DNA of 60,524 nucleotides, counting the filler, from Gonapodya sp. JEL0774 (taxonomy: Eukaryota), in the NCBI GenBank assembly GCA_027604505.1. It is 13 parts of 13 records of this genome, joined end to end, with 100 filler letters (N's around TTAATTAATTAA, not from the genome) between each part and the next. Parts side by side here need not be neighbours in the genome. Positions count along the whole stretch, not along the records: positions 42,011 to 46,566 come from JADIIX010000922.1; positions 46,667 to 51,222 come from JADIIX010000923.1; positions 51,323 to 55,877 come from JADIIX010000924.1; 10 more parts are not named here. One strand, given 5' to 3'. The position numbers were made by a program, and so were the translations under genes. Below the pieces are notes generated by a model. The model saw only the letters and a list, made by a program, of their open reading frames with translations, was not told where the DNA came from and searched no databases. Every line of letters starts with the position of its first letter. Within the stretch, counting starts at the first letter, position 1. This document shows positions 42,265-52,030 of the stretch, in pieces.

Positions 42265-43344
42265 ATGACGATTGCGGAATCTTTATCCCCATCCCAATCC
42301 CCATCCCCATCCCCATCCCCCATCCCCATCCCCATCCCACATCCCACATCCCCATCCTCATACCATTTTCCAGCTAAAAAGTCCACTCCAATGAGCCAGT
42401 TCGACGCCTTGATATCCAATACTGGAGACCGCACACCACCTCCTTCTTTCATCATGAATGCCGATCCGGCGATAGTCGTCGTCGTCCCCCTGGATTATGC
42501 CAGGAAACTCTTCGTCACTCTATCTCGAGTAATACTTGATAGACCAACGCAGAAGCAACTTGGCCTTTTCACTTTCAGCGACACAATGGTCGACTGGTGT
42601 CGAACCTTTGGCCACGCAATGCAGTCCACACTCACTCGCAACCTGGTGCGAAAAGTCATCTCGGGTGACCAGGAGTGTGAAAAGGCATTTCAAGGCATCA
42701 TCAAATGGTTTTACATCCATAATGCTACTCGACTATCCAAACCGAGCGTTCGACACCCAGAATACCTGCCATCCTTTACCGTTATCGCCCAACAGATGCA
42801 ATGCGATATCTGCTTGCAGCCTCTTCTGCGACCACATGTCGTTTGTGGAAATGGTCACTTGCGCTGCGAGTCATGTCTGTTTGATATACAGTCACATGGC
42901 CTCAAAGAAGCCGCGTTGTGCGCACTTTGTCGAGAACCATCGTTGCTCGCTTCGATACGGCTGCACAGTCTCGACGCACTTTTCGACGGATTGCCGGTTG
43001 CGTGTACGAAGTGCAAATTGAAGATGTGTAGGCGGAATTGGGAGTCCCACTCGCTCTCATGCGTACGGTGCAATTGGTGTGAAGAATGGACAGGTGGCTA
43101 CTCGCTCGTTACCCATCGACACTCGCATTGCACCGCTGCCCAATCGCGTCGCCTATGTGTATGGGGTGGAGAAGGAAATTATTGCACTTTTGTGGGGTGC
43201 AATGCTGCTCAGTGCGCCAAACACGAGAGAAGTTGCAAGTGGGGCAAAGTGGACTTTTCAAGTAAGGTAGATCGACGTCGACACAATGGAGGCGTCACCA
43301 CCAGGCGGAGCTTAAGACTTGCAATGCAGAATCCAATATCCTGA
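42265..43344 (+). CDS. Intronless C3HC4 RING protein with TRAF/SINA-like Zn fingers (putative E3 ligase); true start possibly 42391 or 42454
   Basis: CDIC..CGNGHLRCESC..CALCR RING followed by CxxC..H..C clusters; basic tail TRRSLRLA. Confidence 0.8.
   Translation: MTIAESLSPSQSPSPSPSPIPIPIPHPTSPSSYHFPAKKSTPMSQFDALISNTGDRTPPPSFIMNADPAIVVVVPLDYARKLFVTLSRVILDRPTQKQLGLFTFSDTMVDWCRTFGHAMQSTLTRNLVRKVISGDQECEKAFQGIIKWFYIHNATRLSKPSVRHPEYLPSFTVIAQQMQCDICLQPLLRPHVVCGNGHLRCESCLFDIQSHGLKEAALCALCREPSLLASIRLHSLDALFDGLPVACTKCKLKMCRRNWESHSLSCVRCNWCEEWTGGYSLVTHRHSHCTAAQSRRLCVWGGEGNYCTFVGCNAAQCAKHERSCKWGKVDFSSKVDRRRHNGGVTTRRSLRLAMQNPIS
42285..42357. repeat. (ATCCCC)n-type simple repeat array
   Basis: About 12 imperfect ATCCC(C) units; reverse complement of the GGGAT(G) units at 44698-44921. 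Confidence 0.9.
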
Positions 43345-43375
43345 TATCGCGTCGAATAATATATTTTGAACTTCT

Positions 43376-44203
43376 TCAAGTTTTGCACGTGTAGCCTCCA
43401 GAAGATGTCTCTACTAACCCCTTTGAGCACCCATGAAGAACATTTGGATACCATCCCGTACAACCTTGTGACTCCCACTTCTTCGAGTTGTAGTAGTCAT
43501 CAACGAGCGTCGTCAGTAGACCAGAATTAAGATATCCCACAACTTGATCGCACCATACTTTACCCGCGGGATTGTCCGCGGAACCTCCCCCGTACTGATC
43601 TCCAGTGCATGCAGCCTCCCAATTTGCACCGCATGTGAATGCAGAGGTGTCACACGCAAAACAATAAGTGCCACTACCACAATCTGCATTCGTCTTGCAG
43701 CCCGTTGTTGTCGGAGATGGACTCGGTGAAGTGACCGTCGTCGCACATCCAAAGGACCCTGCGTCAGCGGGATACCATGTACTGCACTTCCAACTGCAGT
43801 AATTTGTCTTGTCTTTTGCTGTTAATGTTCCTGCTGCGAGATGTTGGTGTATACCGTCACATGTGGTTGCATCGGCAGAGGACGACGAACCCCCTCCCGT
43901 ATTGGGACTCGGGCTCGGACTCGAATTTGTGTTGGGACTGGGACTCGGACTTGGACTTGGACTCGGACTCGGCGAGGGACTGGTGGTCGAATAGAACAAC
44001 GCGTACAATCCTGCACCCCCACCCGAAAGAATACAGACAAAGACGCACATGCACACGACACTCAAAATTATGAGAACTACAGAATCGCTCATGAGATCGA
44101 GCTTTTGACTTGCAAGCGTGTATCCAAAAATTGCCATCGAGGCCTTGTCTGTTATGGTGACTTGTACATAGCGTGAGATGGACGGTGACAACGGAATGGC
44201 CAC
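43376..44203 (-). CDS. Intronless membrane-anchored Cys-rich protein with (SP)n stalk; probable start 44092
   Basis: N-terminal anchor IILSVVCMCVFVCILSGGGAGLYALF, SPSPSP tract, Cys-rich ectodomain. Confidence 0.75.
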   Translation of the reverse strand: MAIPLSPSISRYVQVTITDKASMAIFGYTLASQKLDLMSDSVVLIILSVVCMCVFVCILSGGGAGLYALFYSTTSPSPSPSPSPSPSPSPNTNSSPSPSPNTGGGSSSSADATTCDGIHQHLAAGTLTAKDKTNYCSWKCSTWYPADAGSFGCATTVTSPSPSPTTTGCKTNADCGSGTYCFACDTSAFTCGANWEAACTGDQYGGGSADNPAGKVWCDQVVGYLNSGLLTTLVDDYYNSKKWESQGCTGWYPNVLHGCSKGLVETSSGGYTCKT

Positions 44204-44379
44204 CTATATTGTTGATAATGGAATAAAGTCAGTCACATGTAACGTATATATGGCTTTGAGTCTGCATTATCCGATGTGTCTTTTGACACTCTATTACACT
44301 TTGAGTTGCCGCTTTTGAGCACGTTTATCACATGTGGAGACTTCATTAATTATTACACTTAGTACACTTTATTCTACCC

Positions 44380-44628
44380 TTATATCCCTATATACACATA
44401 CATAGCAAAAACACTACAACATCTATCTTTGTCCTTTTTGTAGTAGCTCGCTCCCGTTTGAATCGCCACTGCATTTCGAGCTGGCAAATTCTGCACACTC
44501 GTTACAGTGAGCTTCTGCCAGTCCTTTGCTGGAATGAGCTCCTTCTTCTCTCGCGAGTCGTTCCATTTCAACGTGATAGGGAACGCTACCCATCCAAGTT
44601 CCCAGTACCTTGCAAGCTCTTTGGCCAT
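44380..44628 (-). pseudogene. Truncated second Prim-Pol N-terminal fragment
   Basis: MAKELARYWELGWVAFPITLKWNDSREKKELIPAKDWQKL..AVAIQTGAS aligns with the 45212 ORF and stops matching before the DxD motif. Confidence 0.85.
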
Positions 44629-44697
44629 GCGGTGTGACTCTGTTTGAGATTTTGAGCTCAGTTGGGTGGGGCCTTTCTCTCAAAAAGTAATTGAGAT

Positions 44698-44921
44698 AGG
44701 GATGGGATGAATTACTGATACTTTTCTGATCCAGAATTCAGGATCAGGATGGGATGGGGATGGGATGGAGATTCTGAAACTTGTCGAAAACTCTCCCGGG
44801 ATGAGGTTGGGGATGGGTTGAGAGATTCTGAAACTTGTCGAAAACTCTTTCCGGATGAGGATGGGGATGGGATGAGAGATTCTGAAAACTTTTCGAAAAC
44901 TCTTTCGGCGTGGGATGGGAT
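44698..44921. repeat. Three 54-bp tandem repeats embedded in GGGAT-rich sequence
   Basis: GAGATTCTGAAACTTGTCGAAAACTCT.. starts at 44768, 44822 and 44876 (third copy more degenerate). Confidence 0.9.
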
Positions 44922-45211
44922 TTATCTCTTTACATGTATAGTGGGGCGAACAATTGTGGAAAGCACCATCAGATACGCGATCAACTTGCAAGGTATTGGC
45001 CAAACATTTGTAGAACCTGAATAAAAAGTTGCATGAAACTCCATATCAGATCGCTTCAGAAACATGTCGAAAAGAAACTGATCCCAGAGAACGGATGCGA
45101 TTGATTGGTAATCGCAAGGATCCATCCCATTAGGAGATTATAAGATGTATCCTTCCATGCCCTTCTTCCACAACCTTCTCAAACTTTATTTTCTGTTCAC
45201 TTCCTACCATC

Positions 45212-46566
45212 ATGTCGAGCAAGGAACAACTTGGAAAGTACTGGAAACTAGGCTGGATTGCCTTCCCTATCTCGCTTACCTGGAATGCGCAGCGCGATAA
45301 GAAGGAGCTGCAGGCTCCAAAAGGATGGCAGAATCTCGATATCGAAGGGGCCAAGGCCCTTCCACTCAGGTCCGCCATCGCCATTCAGACTGGCTCTGCG
45401 TCGGGGATCATCGTCCTGGATATTGACGATGTCGACGGGTGGCAGCGCTTTCTCGACGAGAAGGGGATTGAAGCTCCTGAAACCGTCACCGCGCGTTCTC
45501 AGAGTGGTGGTCTCCACTACTACATGAAGTGGACCGACTCAATTGCAGATCTCAAGTCGACATCTGCTCTCCTAGGTGGTTGCGCGGACATCCGTAACAA
45601 AGGTGGCATGATAATAGCTCCGCCAAGTTCTTTCCACGTATCCGGAGAGAGTGATCGACGTTGCTACTCGTGGCTTGAAGGAAAGTCACCGTGGGATAGT
45701 GAGCTTGCCAAAATGCCTGACTGGCTCGTACAGGCTCTACGTGAAAGCGGAGGAGGTCATGCAGGTACCGCCAAAAGAGGTGCCACACAATCCCATGTGC
45801 AGATCGAAGGCCCTGACTCAGTGAATACGCCAGATGCTGTCAAGGATTTTATCATGGAAAGCTTTGGGATCTTGCCAACGTACGTTGGCACTACCAAATG
45901 GCTTGGTGATGGTGCTGGCTATGCTATTTCCACAAATGTGTTGGACTGTTGCTTCAGGAAAGCTCCACACAAGAGCAACCGCCAGTTCATTTTTGTGAGC
46001 GCTGGTGGGGACATGTCTCGCCGCTGTCACGACGGAGAGTGTATGGATAAGAAATGGGGCCAGCGTGTGGTCTCTGCCGAGTTGATGCACGCAATCCAAG
46101 GATTGTTCACTTCGAAGGCGGTTGTTGATCCTGAGCTTGTTGAACTTGCTCGTAAGGAAGCGGCTAATCACGTGAATGACGTGGCATGTGGAAATGATGC
46201 GATGACAATGGCTCTCAAACCTGATTCCAGTGGGTTTGAAGGTGCGCTGACAAAGTTCATAGGAAGAAATCGGTGCTCTCAGTGCGGAAAAGGGACGTTG
46301 TTGGCAACAACAAGCAGCACAGGGCTTGTAATAGCCTGCGACAATGTCGGATGTCTGTTCAAGATGCCAGCAGCTGGCGGCATTGCCATCCCCACTGAGA
46401 AGTACGCGAACCTGGGGAAGTTCTTCGTCATCATCCAGCAGTTGAACATTACAAACAACAACACGTATAACAACTTCGCGGCTGTAGGGCTGGAGGATAT
46501 GCCCAGCCTGTTCTTGGGCGACGAAGTCGTCGTGCGAGATAATGCGGACTTCAATACTCTGATCCT
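45212..46566 (+). CDS. Bifunctional primase-polymerase (Prim-Pol, AEP superfamily) with Zn-binding domains, intronless, 3' partial
   Basis: AIQTGSASGIIVLDIDD (motif I), SQSGGLHYY (motif II), ADIRNKGGMIIAPPS (motif III), MPDWL; then CCFRKAPHKSN..RCHDGEC Zn finger, a CxxC..CxxxxC cluster and an Asn-rich LNITNNNTYNN tract. Confidence 0.92.
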
Positions 46567-46666
46567 NNNNNNNNNNNNNNNNNNNNNNNNNNNNNNNNNN
46601 NNNNNNNNNNTTAATTAATTAANNNNNNNNNNNNNNNNNNNNNNNNNNNNNNNNNNNNNNNNNNNN

Positions 46667-47262
46667 GAGCTAGTGGCCACCTCAACCACACATGCAGAGT
46701 ATGTTGGTCAAGACCATGCAGCCAGGGAGCTCTTGTGGATTACCCAGTTTCTAAAGGAACTTGGACTTGGTTGCTCAGGTGCAATTGATGTTTATGGTGG
46801 AAGAGATCCAGAATGCCCCACCTTGATAGGAGACAATCAGGGAGCGATAGCATTGGCAAAGAACCCTGTTCACCACAAACTTTGTAAGCATTTTCTCTAA
46901 CACCAATCATCAATGGGGATGTATTCTATCGCAACTTGATATAGTGGGAAATTTCACACTGAAGTGTTTGTTTCAGGGGGAGTGTTGAGATATCGGTGTT
47001 TTGACATTTTGGATGACTCTAGCGCAACAGGGAGTGGGAATTCGGGGATAATCAATGGAGAAAAATTACTCGCCGTAAAATTTTCTACAAGTTTGTCCTT
47101 TACAGTTTTGTTTTAGCGTTATTGGTTAGGGAGATACACTAAGGAACATGGGTAACTTGGGTGCACACTCTTGGGGACGGTGCTATGGTCGTCGGATAAA
47201 CTAGATTAAGCCTTTTTTGTGCGAACGTGTTTTGAATAAGAAAATCATACCGCTTAGCAACA
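46667..47262 (+). mobile_element. Ty1/copia retrotransposon 3' end: degenerate RNase H, PPT and 3' LTR (46983-47262)
   Basis: VATSTTHAEY..DNQGAIALAKNPVHHKLCKH; PPT AGGGGGAG at 46975-46982; LTR bounded by TGTTG...CAACA. Confidence 0.85.
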
Positions 47263-47779
47263 AACCTCAAGAGCCGCTTGAAAAACTGTTGGGTCCGCTA
47301 CAGAGCATTCCCATCCTGCAAAAACAAACGTAAAGTACCCTTCAAAGTCGCATACTGGTGAAGCATTCTGCAACAATTGTACCTGCTCTTGAAGCTCAGG
47401 ATTTTATGCTCCTGTCTCAATGAAATGGAGGAACATGAGCAGTTGCTCCTCCATTTTAATTTTAGTAGTGTCCTTTAGAGGAGCCCATCTGTCTGCACCT
47501 CTCTGTCATACGCAATTGCTGGCACAGTTTTTGAAATACCCCTTGCCGCGTCCTGCATGCTCGGAAGAACTGCCAAGGATGCCCAGACATTATCTCATGA
47601 TGATCTTGGTGGGGTACGTACACATGCAGCTCGACAACAAGAGAGTGTTGCAAATCTAATATAGGGTTTCCTCATGAGTCACATTTAACACATTGGGGAT
47701 AAACAGCTCTAAAGAATACATACATAACCTCTCGCCACTTTTTCAAAAAACCTTGGGGATACATAGGGAGAAGAATCTG

Positions 47780-48160
47780 CGCACCCTCAAAAAGACGCCG
47801 GAACAGTGATGGGTACCTCATAATGAACAGCAGTGTGACACATGAAAAATAATCCACCGCTATGTCCATCTCCCTGGTTCCAAAACAGAGTCCAAACACA
47901 ATTTCAAGGTGATGGTGCTATTGCCAACATGAGAATTTGGTTTAAAGCATTGCAACATGCCTCCAAGTTGGCATCATGATGGTGGGAATCACCACTCCTA
48001 TCCAGCGCATATGATGTCCATCCTTGTCCATCACAATAGCATACCAGTGGAAAAAAGTGATAGTCTTGGAGATCCATTTGTAGCTTTCCCACAAACTTGT
48101 GGCTCATCAGCAAAATGAACTCGTCAGTCAGGTGGTTGGGGTTCTGAAACGGAAAGAAAC
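47780..48160 (-). pseudogene. Degenerate Ulp1/C48-like cysteine protease fragment, probably transposon-derived
   Basis: HLTDEFI, YHFFPL..GWTSYALD and (in a different frame) NQGDGHSGGLF resemble the WLNDEVI / HW / QxxxxxCGxF motifs. Confidence 0.4.
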
Positions 48161-48676
48161 TTGAGAGGAGAAATAGGAGATGGATGGCGGATTTTGTTGC
48201 CTGTCCCACCGCATGATAGCTGGCTATAGAAACAACTCTAGAATGATGTCACTCCAGTTCTGTGTACCAGTGAGATAGGACGCCCCCTCAAGAGTAGTAC
48301 CATCTGGAAACACATTTCTTGAGACAAAATAACGCATGAGTTTGAGTCTGGAACTCACAAATATGGGTTAGCCACCTTCTAAATTCATCCTCAAAGGCTG
48401 CTCTGTCTTCAGCCAAACCACAGACAAGGGGAGTGGCCAAGGAGGATTAAAAGGCGATGCAGAGGTTACAGGCTAGTGGCATTGGCGGTGCAAGGGGGAC
48501 AAAAGGGTGCAATTTTGACCCCTTAGCGGGGTTGTTTGGGTCCCCAACAGCTGAATCTATTGCTATAGGATCAGAGAATATCTGGTATGCACTTTTCAAT
48601 GTCCTCTATGGGGAAGTTAAAATTTGCTCTATATGGCACATAGGGGTGCTCAGAAGGGAATGATGAATTTATAATA

Positions 48677-48800
48677 TTACAATTGCACATACCTTGGATC
48701 CCATGTTGACGCAGACAGTTGCCATCCAGTCCACTTGACCAGGTACAGTCTTGAATGGCCAGCATCTCTTCTGAATCCCAGAATCGCTTCAACTTCAGTG
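48677..48800 (-). pseudogene. Chromodomain fragment
   Basis: EVEAILGFRR..LYLVKWTGWQLSASTWDP. Confidence 0.8.
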
Positions 48801-48916
48801 CTTGCAGAACTGCAGGCGCACACAGTGACGAGTGTAGGCCTCCAACAGAGAGGCTTTTGCAGGTCCACCAGGGTAGCTGAGGGCTTCCACAATTATGCTG
48901 ACTGTTGGGGCCAGAG

Positions 48917-50316
48917 TGTAGTGGAACCAGAACCAAAGTATTTTTGGGGGTACATGATAGGGATCTATTTGTGTAGTATGTTGTGTGTGATCTGTTCCTT
49001 GCCGTAGTGCTGGGGTGGGCTTCACCACACCTGGTACCGGGGACGACTCGGACGACTCAACACGGCATCAATCCACCTTGACGTCCACTCTCTAGTACTC
49101 TGCTCTGCTCTTCAATGCGTTGTGGGGGGGGGGGGGGGGGGCGGGGGGGCGGGGGGCGGGGGGGGGGCGGGGGGGGCGGNNNNNNNNNNGTTCTCCCCCC
49201 CCCCCCCCCACCCCAACACACAAACACACATTGAGACTGGTCCCACTACATAATGGTGAGCACTGCATGAGTCTGCCAACCGTTTTGCCTTTGATCGGAT
49301 TGCGGACTTGAACTAAGATCCCTACCTGATCACAGATGGGCTACCTTTTGTCTTCATACATACGGACCAATATATAAGACGCTTAAAGGGTCCATGGAAG
49401 CACCACTTTAAATAAAAGAAAAACAGGGACCTATGGGGATAACCTTCCTTCTGCTGTGCTGCACTTTTCCATTGCTACTAACAACTATTGGAGGATGCCT
49501 CCAGGATATTCTTACCATAGTGGGGAAACCTCTGGGTGAATGGCCCAAGCCCTGGAAGGGTGAGAAGGAGTAGGGAAGTGTTGACACCTGCTCATCTCCC
49601 TTTCACATTTCATCTTGCGTGACTGCCACTGACACACTCTCACATCCCACAGTGCAGCACTTGTGCATGTACCTCAGTAATACTAACTAACGTTCTCTCC
49701 ACTTGGAGGAGGCAGACAAAAGGACATGGAACTACTGATGAGTGATACTGCTTGTAATGTGGAATGTACGCATGCAAGATGCGGCACACAAACACTGCAA
49801 CCATTGTGGTAGCAGACAGAAAGAGAGAAGCCTGGTGATGCCCTTGTGTCCTGTTTACGTAGGTACTGACAAGTGCACCCAACCCCAACAGAATATCGCT
49901 CTCAGGACAGTCACCCAACAAGCTTAGAGAAGACATCTTTCCACGGCAAGCAAGTCTGCACATCTGTTGGGCTAGCTACTGTCATCATACAACAACCAAA
50001 CACCAGCTACATCAACTGGTTTACTCAGGACCCAATACTCTTGATATATGTGATCTCTTTTGCACTCAGGATCTCCCTCTTAAGAAGGAGGGGGATTGTA
50101 GTGGAACTGGAACCAAAGTATATTCAGGGGTACATGAGAGGGATCCATTTGTATAGTATGTTGTGTGCAATCTGTTCCTTGCTGTCCAGGTGGGCCTCAG
50201 CCCTCACCACACTTAGTACCAGGCAGGGCATCAATGTGCCTTGAGGCACACCCTCTCATTCCCCGCTCTGTTCCCCATCGCGTCCTGCCTCTGCCTTTGG
50301 TACTGGTCCCACTACA
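48917..50316 (+). mobile_element. Small non-autonomous LTR element (LTRs 48917-49250 and 50097-50316)
   Basis: Both repeats begin TGTAGTGGAAC and end GGTCCCACTACA; TGG-initiated PBS-like sequence at 49254; PPT AAGAAGGAGGGGGA at 50082-50095. Confidence 0.75.
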
Positions 50317-50520
50317 ACAGAGCGCCTGAAACAATATATTAGGAGACAACAGAGGGTGCGAAAGTCAACTGGACCCATTGATTGTACACAACAAGACCCC
50401 AGCGCCCATGCAATATCAGAAAGGAAAACAGACACACGTATTGCAGAATTCCATAGACTATTGCTAAGGGTGATTAAAAAGTGTCACCTTCCCTTGTATT
50501 GCTGTCCTCAGGCTCACATT

Positions 50521-51116
50521 TCATAAGGTGTGACTGCTTGTTCCGTCTTTTTGAATTCGTCTCTTTAAGGTTACTGATACTGCGCCATGTCACATTTCAG
50601 ATTCGAAGTTGAGAGTATAGAGGTAAGGTAAAAATATGTGGGAGGAAGTGAGAAACGTTACGAACAGGAGCATACCACAACCTACCAATATTCCATGACT
50701 CAATATAGCGTTCTGTACATCTTCCCAGGCATACCTGACAGTGTTATGAGAGATGCTGCCATTCTAGCCAGTAATATCATCAGATCCCTCTGTGAAGGCT
50801 CCCTCATCTCGCGTACCTCTTCCGCCCCGTCCAGTCGAGCTCCAGGCTTTGTAATGCATTTAGCAAAGCACTTGCTATTGATACGCTGGGAATGCGTCGG
50901 TAAAGTGGCGTGAACAACCGTGATTCTGGATTCTGCGACATGATCAGCTCACCTGTAGCAAGTCTGGCGAAGAAGCAATCAATCTCTTTTCGGCATCAAT
51001 GCTCCATTTCATTGGAATATCCACGCAATCATCATACCTTGAAAGTTTGCAACGGCGACCTCTTGGCGGACTTGGTTTTGAATCGCTTGAATCGTGTCGC
51101 TTCGTTTGGAATCCAT
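50521..51116 (-). CDS. TIM13: Mitochondrial intermembrane-space small Tim chaperone Tim13, multi-exon; may start further upstream
   Basis: Spliced: QNQVRQEVAVANFQ|DLLQ|RINSKCFAKCITKPGARLDGAEE|VCLGRCTERYIESWNI|VSVTLKRRIQK; twin CX3C motif. Absent from the ORF track. Confidence 0.88.
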
Positions 51117-52030
51117 CTCGAGAAAGGAAGGGGAGCCAAAAGTAAATAAGGCAACGGGAGGATCAGCGGTGGGCGAAGGTTTACTGGACTTGGTAGTGCC
51201 GGAACTGAAAATTGGGATTGGTNNNNNNNNNNNNNNNNNNNNNNNNNNNNNNNNNNNNNNNNNNNNTTAATTAATTAANNNNNNNNNNNNNNNNNNNNNN
51301 NNNNNNNNNNNNNNNNNNNNNNTCCTCTCCTCGATCACTCAACCTCGAAACCCTCTGAAAAAAACTCGGACGCGAAACTTACTGGCTGCATCGGACACAT
51401 CGACCTACGGAACTGGACGGCGGTGGGTGGCAGTCACGCTTGCTGTGCGCAAGGTGGGTCGTATTTGTTGTGTCGGCAGGGTCGGCCGCGCAGCCCCCAG
51501 CAACGTCAGCACCCTTCTTAACCACTCTCGCACATCCACCCGGCCCCCACCACTCTAGTCCATGGACTTCAAAATCCGCCCGATCACGGCTTAACTTGCG
51601 CTAAGATCATTCGTGCTTCCGAGAAGTGGTTGCGGTGTGGGTGCGGTGTTTGGTGGGGAAGGAGGGAGAGACGAAGAGAACGTGGTGGGCCGGGACGGGG
51701 TGTTACTAGACGAGGGTGTGTCCACTTGCCCTCAAAAATTGCCTTTGGGTGTTGTTCTTTACTGTTTTGAGTATGACTTATACCCCATTAATGACTGAGA
51801 CACGTCATAACATCTGTGATCAGTAGTGAAATATTAACTGAGATGTCGATGTGTTGCTGAGCGGGAACCCCTCAAGCAAAATTGACGTTCACGCGGTGAG
51901 TGGGTATTCAACAGAGACACTATTGACACTGGTTGATGACTACATTAGCACTCCATCAGTCATTAAGAACCACCACTCCATTTCGTACTTTCACAGGCTT
52001 ATCGGCACTCCAATTGTGAAGTTTAGACGG

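Noticed and set aside
44768..44921. Possible CRISPR array
   Set aside because: The whole 54-bp unit repeats, there are no unique spacers and no cas genes.
44922..45125. 67-aa ORF between the primase copies
   Set aside because: It could be a small viral gene, but it has no motif support.
45212..47262. Prim-Pol apparently adjacent to a copia RNase H/LTR as a composite element
   Set aside because: They are separated by a spacer and lie on different contigs.
49124..49212. Long G and C runs as a G-quadruplex or hairpin
   Set aside because: Low-quality sequence surrounding an internal N gap, so probably an artefact.
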